NCBI GenBank assembly: GCA_965200205.1
Contig: CBDAUI010000001.1
Location: forward strand, 1,778,664-1,842,663
Reading direction: 5' to 3'
From: Candidatus Poribacteria bacterium
GTDB lineage: Bacteria > Poribacteria > WGA-4E > WGA-3G
Length of the DNA stretch: 64,000 bases
A program made the translations under genes and the position numbers. Position 1 is the stretch's first letter. Each line of letters opens with the position of its first letter. The notes under the pieces were generated by a model, which saw nothing but the letters and a program-made list of their open reading frames with translations, was not told the DNA's origin and searched no databases. Below are positions 1 through 10,630 of the stretch, one piece after another.

Positions 1-2048
1 CAACCTGCCCCCAAAATTTACCGAAATTGTCCCACGAAACCCATTCTTTTGCCCATGCAGTAGCGTCCGATGTCCATGCGATTGATTTTCCCAATCCGAA
101 ATTCCAACCCGAGAGAACCGTCTCATCTCTATGTGAACGGATGAAAACTTGTGCGACATCCTTTTCTGTTGTTGCTGTGTAACCGTGCAGTTGTGGTAGC
201 GTGCCAATACCCGACACAATCGGCATATCCGGAACCGTAATAACAGGTCGAAACAGCTCCTGAACGATGTAACTTTGTGTCTCGCGAACGGCTTCCATTA
301 GGACCGTCGGCAGTTCCTGTAGATTTTGAACCTCAACAAAATGTCCGTTGCTGGTCTCTACCAACTGCGTGAGAAGTTCTTTGTTTGTGTCGCCTATCGC
401 AATCGCCGTGATGCTGATACGTGCTGCGGCAATTCGTTCTGCTAACTCCAGAAAATCGGATGCCGCGTCATCGGATTTACCGTCCGATAAAAGAATAATG
501 TGCTTCCGTTTCGCATCATCTGCTTTAAGTATCTCGGAGGCTTTGTCAACCGCCTCCATCATCAACGTTGTTCCACCCGTCGGTTTAAGTTTTTGAACGC
601 CTTGAAGCAATACATTACGATCAGACGTAAGACGAGACATGTCGTCGGACGCTACTTCACCCGCGCTGAAACTGACAATTCCAGCAACGTCATCTTCTTC
701 AAGGTTTTCGATGCCGGCACGGATGCCAGCAATTGCAAGATCAATTTTACGTCGCTGTCCACCGACATAATTTGCCATACTACCGGACGTGTCTAACACA
801 AAAAGAACAGCAACGGTGTCTTTCTGTTCGCGCGGTGTCATCTCCACAGGGAGCACACGTTCCAATGCAGTATCCGTATAACCCCCCGGTCCGTATGCAC
901 GTTCGCCACCGATAACGACTAACCCGTGTCCGAGGTCACGGACATAGTTTTCAATGTTTCGCAACTGATCCGATGAGAGTATATCCGCGGAAACGTTGCT
1001 CAGAATCAGGACATCGCTGCGTTTGAGTTCAATGAGTTCAGTCGGCATCTCTGTAGGTGACTTAACTTCAACGTTAAAGCCGTTCTCTTCAAGGACAGTT
1101 TTCAGCGGTCCAACTTGTGCCATATCCGCTTCTACGTATAAGGCGCGCGGCTCGCCCTGAATCTTTACAACGCCGTATCCTCGGTTATTCTCAGGGATTT
1201 CATCGGTCGGCTCGAGTCTCAGTTCATATCTGTGGTTTCCCTCCTTTGTAACAGGTGGCACCTCTAAGGTCATGCGGCGTGTTCCGAAAGTCCACTCAAA
1301 TTCATCAATTGGCGCGCCTTCATGATAGAGCGTGGCATTTAACTGTGGGATGCTGCCGTCGGTTTCGATCACCGCGCCTATCTTAAAACGTTGTCCTTTA
1401 CGGACCTGTGTGGGTACCTGTAGCTGCACAACCCGAACAGCGTCCTTAAGCGTGTCAAGCGGGATCGTTAAGGTTTCGACATTACTGGCTGAGAGCAAGG
1501 GTAGGTAGTCTTCAAGAGATATACCGCCAGCGTTATGGATCCCGTCGCTAAACAACACGATCCGACGGTGGTAATCGTCTGGCAGCAGTGCGATGGCACG
1601 CTTAAGCGCAGTGATCACATCGGTACCGTCCCGTCGCATCGTCTGCTCAGAAATCGTTTCCAGTAGCATCGCCAAAGATTGATCCCGCTTCTCTCTAATC
1701 TCTGTGAGGATTGAGGTTTCCCTCGCGAAACCGATGACACCGAATCTATCGGTAGATCTCAGTTTAGCGACAGCGGCGTTTATCTGCTTAAGCACTTCCT
1801 CATGTTGCGACGGAGAGACGCTTTCGGATGTGTCAATGAGGAACACGACTGCAAGTCTCTGTTCTTTGTCTGTACGATGGAGATTTGCCAAAGCGAAGAT
1901 TGCGCACAGCAGCGCAGCACCTCTAAGGAAGAAGGTGACACTTTTTCGCCATTTCGTTGTACCGAGGTGTGTCCGGCGTTGCACGAGAATTAGTACAGGA
2001 ATAATGGCGAGCAGAATTAGGAAGAGGGGTGCTTGGAAATCAAACATT
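1..2048 (-). CDS. VWA domain protein with BatA-type N-terminal TM domain (two von Willebrand A domains). It is partial because the C-terminus lies beyond the window start, so the ORF track missed it.
   Basis: Reverse translation from ATG 2048 gives MFDFQAPLFLILLAIIPVLILVQRR (BatA-like N-terminal TM). It is followed by two VWA MIDAS motifs, LAVVFLIDTSESVS and VAVLFVLDTSGSM. The open frame runs to position 1. Confidence 0.75.
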
Positions 2049-2056
2049 TTGAGAGA

Positions 2057-3763
2057 TTATTGGTTGCGGAGTTCTTCAAAATATGCTTCCGCTGCCTTCG
2101 TCTCTGCAGCGTGTGACATATTGTAACGTTCACACAGTGCGATATATTCGTCAATCAGTGTGTGCCGCTTTTCGGGTGACAGCTCACCACCAGCGACGAG
2201 CATCGCCTTGTAAGCAGGGATAGCGGCTTTTTCGACGCGCGCCCGAATCTCTGATTTCTCGGCAAGTGCTAACGCTTGCTGGAAGCCATCGAAAATGGTC
2301 TGCGCACTCTCGGCATCCAAACCGACATCCTCCGGTGTTGGGAAACATCTCGGATGAAGACCTCTCGCTTCAGCGTTGTCATGGAGGAAGACGATATATT
2401 CTAAGATGGGTGGTGCCGCGGCTCCATAATGGAGATTCACAAATTCGTTTAAGAGTGCCTCCGCATCAAGCTGTGGATCCCAAATCAGATGTGAGATGAG
2501 ATAATTTCGTAGGTCGGAGAATTCGCCTGTTAACCCGTTGCCGTTTGCTTGCATGAACACACCTTTGGCGTTGTTGCGCAGGAAATAACGCACATTCGGT
2601 TGAATACTCCGTAGGTTCGGGAAGGGCAGATCATAGGAACGGAAATTGGTGTTGTAATTCCAGATCCAGATGTCGTCACAGATTTTTCCCCAAGCGTTGG
2701 TATCTTCGCAAAACGCTCGATTCTGCTCACAATCTGGGTTGTCAATGGCGTGGAGCGTACAACACTCAATACTACAGAGTTGGATCTGTACATTGTGTCG
2801 CGGCTTTATCGTTTTCGGCGGTTTTCGAGTATACCAATACGCCAACGTCCCGACCTTGACGTGCGGGTGTGCTTTCTCAATACGTTCGGCAACAGCGTTG
2901 ACGAAAGTTAATTGCGATCCCATCGGTGTACCTTCCGCCTCGTTAAGCGTTTCGCACGTCTCACATCGACAATATGCTGCTGTATCCGCTTGACTCACAC
3001 TGATGTTGGTATCTCTTGGACGCTCTGTGAGCTGTTGGATCGCGGCTTCCGCAGCGACCTCAATGACTTCGGGATTCGTCACACAGAGCTGCGGTCCACC
3101 GCCGTGGGTATTCGTATCCCGTTTGCCGTCTACGAATGCGTAATACTCGGGATGGCTTTCACCGTACGTCCCGTAAGGCACTAACGCATGGAATGAGTGA
3201 TTGATGAGCTGCTGCTGGGTCTTCCCACCGAGGTTCTCCGCATCTGTGACGGTGTTGACTTTCCGTTTTGCCGCGAACGCTGGGTTCTCTGAGTTCTCGC
3301 GATAATAACTCCAACGGAATGAAAACGGAGGCGAATAAATGTAACTTCCGCGCGGGATTTTCAGCGCAGACGCATCGGGAATATATGTGTGATCAGCCGT
3401 TAAAAATCGGATGCCAATGAGTTCTTCAAGGAACTGATAAACGGCATAGAGAACACCGCGCGGCATACCGCCTTGGATGAGGATCCGTCCGCTCTCAACC
3501 CTGATTTGGATGTCCTCATCCGCTAACGTCGGTAATCCTGAAATAGCGATCCGTCCGGTATGATTCGCATCGGCGCTCTGCTGTATCGTAACAAATGGTA
3601 ACGTTAATCCGGTCGCTTGATTGAACCACTTTTGGAATTCTTCTGCAGCATATTGTTCAGAAGCAGTTGCATCATCGGAGACAGTAACACGCCAATCCTT
3701 AATCGTTGAGATTGCTAAATCACCGCCAGTGGAGTGAAAGGTGAGTGTTTTTTGAGTGGACAT
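2057..3763 (-). CDS. Hypothetical protein, DUF4838-like; putative glycoside-hydrolase-like TIM-barrel.
   Basis: 568-aa ORF with a strong RBS (GGAGG) before ATG 3763. It is tightly linked to the flanking minus-strand genes. No diagnostic catalytic motif was recognised. Confidence 0.6.
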   Translation of the reverse strand: MSTQKTLTFHSTGGDLAISTIKDWRVTVSDDATASEQYAAEEFQKWFNQATGLTLPFVTIQQSADANHTGRIAISGLPTLADEDIQIRVESGRILIQGGMPRGVLYAVYQFLEELIGIRFLTADHTYIPDASALKIPRGSYIYSPPFSFRWSYYRENSENPAFAAKRKVNTVTDAENLGGKTQQQLINHSFHALVPYGTYGESHPEYYAFVDGKRDTNTHGGGPQLCVTNPEVIEVAAEAAIQQLTERPRDTNISVSQADTAAYCRCETCETLNEAEGTPMGSQLTFVNAVAERIEKAHPHVKVGTLAYWYTRKPPKTIKPRHNVQIQLCSIECCTLHAIDNPDCEQNRAFCEDTNAWGKICDDIWIWNYNTNFRSYDLPFPNLRSIQPNVRYFLRNNAKGVFMQANGNGLTGEFSDLRNYLISHLIWDPQLDAEALLNEFVNLHYGAAAPPILEYIVFLHDNAEARGLHPRCFPTPEDVGLDAESAQTIFDGFQQALALAEKSEIRARVEKAAIPAYKAMLVAGGELSPEKRHTLIDEYIALCERYNMSHAAETKAAEAYFEELRNQ

Positions 3764-3775
3764 AATGCCTCCTAA

Positions 3776-5038
3776 TTATTCGTTCGCAGTATCTTGTTCT
3801 ATTGCTTCCACATCTGCTTGATACTTCTGCTCGTTGAACAACACGATAAAAGCGACCGCAGCGATAACGGTTATAGTGATAGGCACCATAAAGATTTTTG
3901 CCCAGGCATGTCCACCCGCTGGGTCAGCGAAGTATTCATGCACGCGACCACTGACGATATGCCCGACGAGCATGCCAAACCCGTTCGTGACAAAGAGGAG
4001 TAGTGCCTGCGAACTTGCCCGAATATCCTGCGGACTCAATCTTTCCACAGCAATCATACCACCGACGAAGAAGAAAGAGTAGCAGATGCCGTGCAGTGTC
4101 TGTGCCCCGACGACTAACCATACCGGCTCTCCAATCGCGAAGATAGCGTATCGCACCGGCCACGCGAGGATACCGAGGAAAATAGTGAACCGCATACCGA
4201 ACCGCCGCAGACACGGAAACAGGAGAAGCATAAGCACAACTTCAGCAACCTGTCCGAGGCTCATCGCTAAGTTAGCACTACTCCCTGCTAACCCAACCCC
4301 GTGTTCTGCCTCCGTCAGAAAGAGATACGTCAAGTTGTAATAGAAAGGAAGTTCAATCGCGACAACGAAAGAGATAATCAGAAGTACCGCGAAATTGCGA
4401 TTCGAGACGAGGGAGAAGGCTTCAAGAAAGGCATACGGATTCTTCGCCTCTTTGCTCGGCGGCGTATTGGGTAATGTCAGGCAGTAGGCACCCATGATGA
4501 ACGAAAGCACAGCACCGAAGAGGAGACAGTCATCAACCTGTGGAAGCGTCGGTTCTCGCCCTTCCCAATATTGGAGGTACCAGCTCAATGCCCAGTTAAT
4601 CGCGATCCAGCCGAGTGTCCCGAAGACCCGAATATTTCCGAACTTATCGGATTGTCCCATGTGATGGAAAGCGATTGCGTTGGTTAGTGCAATCGTCGGC
4701 ATATAGAGGACAGCGTGTAGGAAGATCGATGCCCACATCATCGGGAACGAGGTCTGCTTCCACGCGACGAAGAGGCAGACACCACCGAGTAAGTGCGAGA
4801 TCGCTGCGAACACCTGTGCTGGCATCAAACGATCCGCGACCCATCCCGCGATGATCGGGGAAATGATGGAGCCGATGGCTGTCGTACCAAAGACATAACT
4901 AATCTGTGTGCCACTGAATCCGAGATTTTGCATGTGTCCAGCGATAAGCACTGCCCATGCACCCCATATCGCGAACTGTAGGAACATCATTCCGGAAAGC
5001 CGCACGAAGATTCCAAAATCTGTTCGTCTCTCTTCCAT
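3776..5038 (-). CDS. MFS transporter (about 12 TM, sugar/nucleoside:H+ symporter-like).
   Basis: 420 aa, 12 hydrophobic segments, with a GGAGG RBS upstream of ATG 5038. Confidence 0.8.
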   Translation of the reverse strand: MEERRTDFGIFVRLSGMMFLQFAIWGAWAVLIAGHMQNLGFSGTQISYVFGTTAIGSIISPIIAGWVADRLMPAQVFAAISHLLGGVCLFVAWKQTSFPMMWASIFLHAVLYMPTIALTNAIAFHHMGQSDKFGNIRVFGTLGWIAINWALSWYLQYWEGREPTLPQVDDCLLFGAVLSFIMGAYCLTLPNTPPSKEAKNPYAFLEAFSLVSNRNFAVLLIISFVVAIELPFYYNLTYLFLTEAEHGVGLAGSSANLAMSLGQVAEVVLMLLLFPCLRRFGMRFTIFLGILAWPVRYAIFAIGEPVWLVVGAQTLHGICYSFFFVGGMIAVERLSPQDIRASSQALLLFVTNGFGMLVGHIVSGRVHEYFADPAGGHAWAKIFMVPITITVIAAVAFIVLFNEQKYQADVEAIEQDTANE

Positions 5039-5321
5039 AGGAGACCTCCTTTTTTATCACAATTGCTGAGAAGGCGGGGTTCCAAACCCTGAAAAAATCC
5101 GCAGAAATACCCAAGCAAAAACACCCTAAGTAAATACCGCAAGCAAATACCCTGCAACAGTGTTGCATTATCTTTCGGTTTTACTATAGTTCAGTATCCT
5201 ATACCAACATGTTAGCAGAAGTCAAGGAAAAGTTGCAGAATTCACTCTGTTGACTACTGTCAGAAAATTTGATAACTTTTTGGGAAGCCGAGTGGTAAAA
5301 TTCTACCAATATCAGAAAAAA

Positions 5322-5350
5322 TTGCCAAGAAAAAGAATCTGTGATATGCT
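5322..5350 (+). promoter_or_regulatory. Candidate sigma70 promoter (TTGCCA, 17 nt, TGnTATGCT) for the GH2 gene.
   Basis: -35 TTGCCA at 5322-5327, a 17-nt spacer and an extended -10 TGaTATGCT at 5342-5350. The same TGnTAYGMT -10 style appears upstream of dnaA and at 26205-26213. Confidence 0.4.
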
Positions 5351-5505
5351 GGTATGGACAGTCAACTTTGGAAGCGAAGTTTTGGATTGCTATAACGCCA
5401 AAAACGCAGCTTGAAACGAAGTGGAAAGCAGTAAAAACGGAGACAACGCTAAAACTTCAAACAACACGAATCGAACCGCAAGGAAAATTTAAAATAAGGA
5501 AAAAC

Positions 5506-8214
5506 ATGAGAGGGAATAATACAGACATACCGCGCCCAGAATACCCGCGTCCAGATTTTCAACGCGGGACATCAGAAGGCATCGATTGGATCTGCCTCAA
5601 CGGTACATGGGAATTCGCATTCGATCCGGAAGACATCGGTGAACAGCATCAGTGGTTCGCTCCCGAAGAAACTGCCGATTCACCCTGGACAACACACATA
5701 CAGGTACCCTATCCTTGGGAAAGTCTTGCAGCATCGGGAGATGAAGAACAAGCGAGCAACGAAAACTACTTGAGCAAAAACGCCTACCTCAACCCAGAAG
5801 AGGTCACCTGCGGCGGTTTAGACCGTGAAGGCAATTACCGTGACGAACCGAGACACACAATCGGCTGGTATCGCAGAACCGTATCTATCCCCGAAAATTG
5901 GGGCGACAGACGCGTTATTCTGAAGTTCGGTGCTGTTGACTGGGAAGCAACAGTCTGGGTAAACGGCAAACAGGTCGGTAGGCACGAAAGCGGGTACCTC
6001 CCCTTTGAATTAGACATCACAGACGTACTTACGCCAAAAGAGCAGACAACTATCGTCGTTCGCGCTTACGACGCACAAGACCACGGCGAACAACTTGCAG
6101 GAAAACAGATCGGTTGGTACGTACGTACAAGCGGTATCTGGCAGACAGTCTACCTCGAACCGAGAAACATAACACATATCGCGCAGTGCCACATCACACC
6201 TGACATTGATAACGCTTCCGCCACGTTTGCTGTCCAAATAGATGGAGATGTAGAAAACACCGGCGTAACCCTGCACTGGACTTGCGATAAACTCAGCGGG
6301 TCGGTTCAGGTTTCCAGCGGTGAGACGCAGTGGACAGTCAACATTCCACCTGAACAACTCCGCTTATGGGATGTGGATACGCCAAACCTCTACGATGTCA
6401 CACTTGAACTCGTAACAGAAGCTACCGTTATTGACAGAATTTTTACATATTTTGGAATGCGGAAGGTTTCTATCGCAAAAGCTCCCGGTGGAGACTATCA
6501 GTACATCTACCTTAACAACCGCCCTGTCTACCTGCTCGGTGCACTCAATCAATCGTTTAACCCAGAAGGTGTGTACACATTCTTAACAGACGAAGCGATT
6601 CGTCAGGATGTTGAACGTGCGAAAGAATTCGGCTTCAACTTCCTCCGCCTTCATATCAAAGTCGATGAACCTCGTCTCTACTATTGGGCTGACAAGTTAG
6701 GGTTGCTCTTTATGTGCGACATCCCAAACTTCGGCAACTATACAGAAACAGCAAAATCACGTTTTGAGCAGACGCTTCGTGGCAACATCGCGCGCGATTA
6801 CAATCACCCCTCAATTATCTCTTGGTGCAACTTCAATGAAACGTGGGGCCTCGGCGGTAACGCATACAAGGAGATGACAGATCGGCAGGAGTGGGTTCGC
6901 GAGATGTATCACCTCGCGAAATCCTTAGATACAACCCGACTAATTGAAGACAACTCACCCTGTCTCTATGATCACGTCGAAACGGACATCAATTCCTGGC
7001 ATTTCTATATCAATGATTACGATCGCGCAAAAGAACATATCGCGAATGTTGTCGCAGAGACGTACCCAGGTTCAGGTTTCAATTACGCTGGCGACAACGT
7101 GCAAAGCGACGCACCGTTGATTAACAGCGAATACGGTGGTATCTCTGCAGGCGCGGGTGATAAAGATGTCTCATGGTGTTTTAAATATCTAACAAACGAA
7201 CTCCGACTTCATCCAAAAATCTGCGGCTACATCTACACCGAGTTGCAGGACATTGAGTGGGAACATAACGGGTTCATGAACTACGATCGGTCAGTGAAAG
7301 CGTTCGGATACGACTATCTCGACATCAATACGCTCGACTTCATCGCTATTGATTATCCACCCGGAACGACAGTCGCACCGAGGGACGAGATAAAAGCGGA
7401 CGTTTACGCCAGCCACTTCTCACACAAGACCATCACGGGAACAACGCTTCACTGGCAACTGGATACAATGTCAGCAACTGGAGAGGTTACACGTGCGAAT
7501 GTCTCTGGTCATGTCGATATTCCGTTCCCGCAATATCAGGTGGAACACGTTCACCAACTCGTACTGCAAATCCCTGATGTTCACCCCGCTGTCGGCACAC
7601 TCCATATGTGGGTAACGGATCAAACAGGAACCGTTGTCGCTCGTAATTTTATCAACTTTGAGCATTTCGTAGCACTCCCGCAACCGATTGAATCAGACGA
7701 TTCAGGAACGATACGCCTCAACTGGACACCTGAAAACATATCCGGCACCTCGTGGGACGAACCGACACACAATGATCACCTTTTCTCTGCAGTCGGGAGC
7801 GGTTATGTTGAATACGAGATTCCGTTACCAGAAGATCTCAGCACAGCAGATGTTGCAGAGACAGAACTCGTTTTTGAAGCGTCCAGCGCGTACGGGGGGG
7901 CTCGCCAGACGGAACCGGAGAAACACCCGTCCGACGTAACAATCTCGGTCAACGGCACTGAAATTGAGACTGTCCGGATTCCTGACTGTCCTGCGGATGC
8001 ACGGGGCGCGCTCTCTTATATTAATGGACACCCCGGCATCTATGGCTATCTTCACAATGTCAAGGTAGACCCATCAAACGCTCTGAACACGGCGACACTA
8101 ACAATCCGTTATGAAGTGAAAGCGGATGCTGAAGCGAAAGGTGGGTTCGCGCTCTACGGCGCACGCGTCGGTAGATATCCGACTGGACCACATCTGCTTA
8201 TTCGTCGAAAATAG
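5506..8214 (+). CDS. Glycoside hydrolase family 2 (beta-galactosidase/beta-mannosidase-like).
   Basis: N-terminal EYPRPDFQR is typical of GH2. A GH2 sugar-binding domain (VILKFGAVDWEATVWVNGKQVGRHESGYLPFELDIT) and a TIM-barrel with NFNETWG are present. Start is set at ATG 5506 (AAGGA RBS) rather than the ORF-track 5341. Confidence 0.8.
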   Translation: MRGNNTDIPRPEYPRPDFQRGTSEGIDWICLNGTWEFAFDPEDIGEQHQWFAPEETADSPWTTHIQVPYPWESLAASGDEEQASNENYLSKNAYLNPEEVTCGGLDREGNYRDEPRHTIGWYRRTVSIPENWGDRRVILKFGAVDWEATVWVNGKQVGRHESGYLPFELDITDVLTPKEQTTIVVRAYDAQDHGEQLAGKQIGWYVRTSGIWQTVYLEPRNITHIAQCHITPDIDNASATFAVQIDGDVENTGVTLHWTCDKLSGSVQVSSGETQWTVNIPPEQLRLWDVDTPNLYDVTLELVTEATVIDRIFTYFGMRKVSIAKAPGGDYQYIYLNNRPVYLLGALNQSFNPEGVYTFLTDEAIRQDVERAKEFGFNFLRLHIKVDEPRLYYWADKLGLLFMCDIPNFGNYTETAKSRFEQTLRGNIARDYNHPSIISWCNFNETWGLGGNAYKEMTDRQEWVREMYHLAKSLDTTRLIEDNSPCLYDHVETDINSWHFYINDYDRAKEHIANVVAETYPGSGFNYAGDNVQSDAPLINSEYGGISAGAGDKDVSWCFKYLTNELRLHPKICGYIYTELQDIEWEHNGFMNYDRSVKAFGYDYLDINTLDFIAIDYPPGTTVAPRDEIKADVYASHFSHKTITGTTLHWQLDTMSATGEVTRANVSGHVDIPFPQYQVEHVHQLVLQIPDVHPAVGTLHMWVTDQTGTVVARNFINFEHFVALPQPIESDDSGTIRLNWTPENISGTSWDEPTHNDHLFSAVGSGYVEYEIPLPEDLSTADVAETELVFEASSAYGGARQTEPEKHPSDVTISVNGTEIETVRIPDCPADARGALSYINGHPGIYGYLHNVKVDPSNALNTATLTIRYEVKADAEAKGGFALYGARVGRYPTGPHLLIRRK

Positions 8215-8345
8215 TTATCGGAAGAATGGTTGTCAGCACTCGGTTAAAGAGATTTCCTGTGGCAGTGACAGAAAGGGTAACCGCCACGAGACCTTAACCG
8301 TTTTTTAGCAAAATACCTAACCGAACCGCAAGGAAAATTTAAAAA

Positions 8346-9425
8346 ATGGCAAGTCCCGAATTTGTATTCACACGTCATCCAAACTTAGAAGTCTCTTGGC
8401 CCTTCGTGCACGAACAGATGGTGCACCGATTAGAAAAACTCGGTATAACACTTGTTCTCAACACCCATAGCCGAGACCCGATTCATGAACAGGTTGATCT
8501 CAGCGAAACTGTCGGCATCTCGCACTTCGGCGGAAACCTAACCGAAGCGTGTATCGCAGCAGCTCCAAAATTGAGAGTGCTCGGCGCGATGACCGATAAT
8601 TCTGGACACGGGATCCCGTATAAGGTGCTCCAAGAACGTGGTATTCCCGTTATTGAATCGACACGCGCTTGGTCGCAATCTGTGGCTGAGTGCGCCTTCG
8701 GTCTCGCGCTGTCTTCACTGCGCCGGACAGCCCAATGGCACTTGAAGATGGCAAACGGTGAGAAACTTTGGGATTGGGAGAACCCGATATGGGGAAACAA
8801 TAAACTTCCGGTTGCCCACCAATTCTGTGACGATCCGGACTTCGTGAACGGCGACCTCGGTACGAAACGGATAGGGGTCATCGGTCTCGGCCAGATCGGC
8901 GGGAAAATTGCAAAATGGTGCCGAGTTTTCGGTGCAACGGTAACAGGCTATGATCCGTTTGTTCCAGATGCCCGTCTTCAGGAATGGGATGTGCAGCGGG
9001 TTGATATGGATACGCTCGCTGGCAGTTCCGATATTGTGTTCGTGGCGGTTCCGCCGACACCCTCGGCGCGGCATCTGTTGAATCGAGAACGGATTTACCA
9101 TCTGCAGAAAGGGAGTTTGGTTGTCATCATCACGCGCGCGCATGCTGTTGATATGGAAGCGTTACGAGAACGGATCGTTAACGATGAACTCGCAGGCGCA
9201 TTCGATGTCTACGATAGCGAACCGGTACACGTTGATGACGAATTACGGAATCGGGATAATGTCGTCCACACACCGCACATCGCCGGTAGAACGAAAGACG
9301 CAAACCTACGCGTGTCAGACATGACAATAGACGATTTTGAACGGGTCCTGAAGGGTGAAGCACCCATTGGCGCGTTGACCCCGAAAGCAGTTGAAGTACG
9401 TACCTCACCGAACCCAAGAAAATAA
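8346..9425 (+). CDS. D-isomer-specific 2-hydroxyacid dehydrogenase family (phosphoglycerate dehydrogenase/hydroxypyruvate reductase-like).
   Basis: NAD-binding GVIGLGQIGGKIAKW...GYDP motif, with the catalytic R (ITRAHAVD), E (YDSEP) and H (HTPHIAG). Confidence 0.8.
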   Translation: MASPEFVFTRHPNLEVSWPFVHEQMVHRLEKLGITLVLNTHSRDPIHEQVDLSETVGISHFGGNLTEACIAAAPKLRVLGAMTDNSGHGIPYKVLQERGIPVIESTRAWSQSVAECAFGLALSSLRRTAQWHLKMANGEKLWDWENPIWGNNKLPVAHQFCDDPDFVNGDLGTKRIGVIGLGQIGGKIAKWCRVFGATVTGYDPFVPDARLQEWDVQRVDMDTLAGSSDIVFVAVPPTPSARHLLNRERIYHLQKGSLVVIITRAHAVDMEALRERIVNDELAGAFDVYDSEPVHVDDELRNRDNVVHTPHIAGRTKDANLRVSDMTIDDFERVLKGEAPIGALTPKAVEVRTSPNPRK

Positions 9426-9426
9426 A

Positions 9427-9520
9427 AGTAAACGGTCGTCAGTTATCGGTTGTCCGCTAAAAGCGGATTTGACTATCAGAACCCCTTAACTGACAACTGA
9501 CGACTGACAACTGATAACGA
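9427..9520. repeat. Heptamer tandem repeats (ACTGACR x4) with an inverted partner array and a small hairpin.
   Basis: ACTGACA ACTGACG ACTGACA ACTGATA at 9488-9515, inverted CGTCAGT TATCGGT TGTCCGC at 9436-9456, and hairpin CCGCTAAAAGCGG. Confidence 0.7.
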
Positions 9521-9526
9521 TAAAAA

Positions 9527-10627
9527 ATGACAACCGAAAAACCATATTCAAACCTCATTCGCTCGGACATCGCGGACATGGCGCCTTACACGCCTATCTT
9601 GCCGTTTAATGTGCTCAGCCAACGTTTGAACATAGCTCCCGAGGATATCATTAAACTTGACGCTAACGAGAACCCGTATGGACCCTCACCGCGCGTGTCT
9701 CAGGCATTGGCAAATGAAACCTATTACCACATATATCCAGATCCTGACAGTACGGCACTTCGCCATGCCTTGAGCGAGTATGTAGGGGTTGACGCAACCC
9801 ATATCGTTGCCGGACACGGCGCGGACGAGTTAATAGACCTCATCATTCGGTTATTCATTGCACCAGATGATGCTGTCATCAATTGCCCACCGACATTCGG
9901 GATGTACCGTTTCGACACGGAACTTAACGGCGGAAAAATAATTGACAGTGTACGAAACGCGGATTTTTCGTTAGATACCGAATCTATAATTTCGCTGGTA
10001 GACAACAATAGCACCATTAAACTTATTTTTCTTACAAGTCCTAACAATCCCGACGGTGCGACACTTGACGATGCATGCCTTCTGCAGCTCCTGCAGCTTC
10101 CATTAATTGTCGTTTTGGATGAAGCCTATATTGAATTTGCTGGTAGCAGTCGCGCGACCTGGGTCTCGGAACATGAGAACTTGATTGTGCTTCGGACGTT
10201 CAGCAAGTGGGCAGGATTGGCAGGGTTAAGGGTCGGATACGGGATTTTTCCACATTGGATCCTCTCACACCTGTTGAAGATTAAGCAGCCATACAATGTA
10301 AATGTTGCCGGAACAACTGCAGCGTTGGCTTCGCTGTCGGATGTGCATCACTTAAAAGGGAACGTGCGGAAAATTGTGGCAGAGCGCGAAAGACTTTATA
10401 CCGCTTTAGAGGCGTTTGACTTCTTGAAACCGTATCCCAGTGAGGCGAATTTTATTTTATCTCGTGTTATCGGAAAAGATGCGGCAGAATTGAAAGCAGC
10501 ATTAGCCAAACGCGGGATTCTCATCCGGTATTTCGATACGCAAGGCTTACGGGACCATGTGCGCATGAGTGTCGGCACACCGACGCAAACATCTGTGCTT
10601 TTAGAGGCACTGTCAAAGATAGAATAG
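9527..10627 (+). CDS. hisC: Histidinol-phosphate aminotransferase.
   Basis: Class II aminotransferase, with the PLP lysine motif FSKWAGLAGLRVGY typical of HisC. Confidence 0.8.
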   Translation: MTTEKPYSNLIRSDIADMAPYTPILPFNVLSQRLNIAPEDIIKLDANENPYGPSPRVSQALANETYYHIYPDPDSTALRHALSEYVGVDATHIVAGHGADELIDLIIRLFIAPDDAVINCPPTFGMYRFDTELNGGKIIDSVRNADFSLDTESIISLVDNNSTIKLIFLTSPNNPDGATLDDACLLQLLQLPLIVVLDEAYIEFAGSSRATWVSEHENLIVLRTFSKWAGLAGLRVGYGIFPHWILSHLLKIKQPYNVNVAGTTAALASLSDVHHLKGNVRKIVAERERLYTALEAFDFLKPYPSEANFILSRVIGKDAAELKAALAKRGILIRYFDTQGLRDHVRMSVGTPTQTSVLLEALSKIE

Positions 10628-10630
10628 CAG

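Noticed and set aside
348-2126. Several short plus-strand ORFs at the window start.
   Set aside because: They are antisense to a long uninterrupted minus-strand frame encoding a BatA/VWA protein that runs off the window edge.
5341-5505. ORF-track start of the GH2 gene at 5341.
   Set aside because: The conserved GH2 N-terminus (EYPRPDFQR) begins right after ATG 5506, which has an AAGGA RBS. The upstream stretch contains the promoter and the repeated leader motif.
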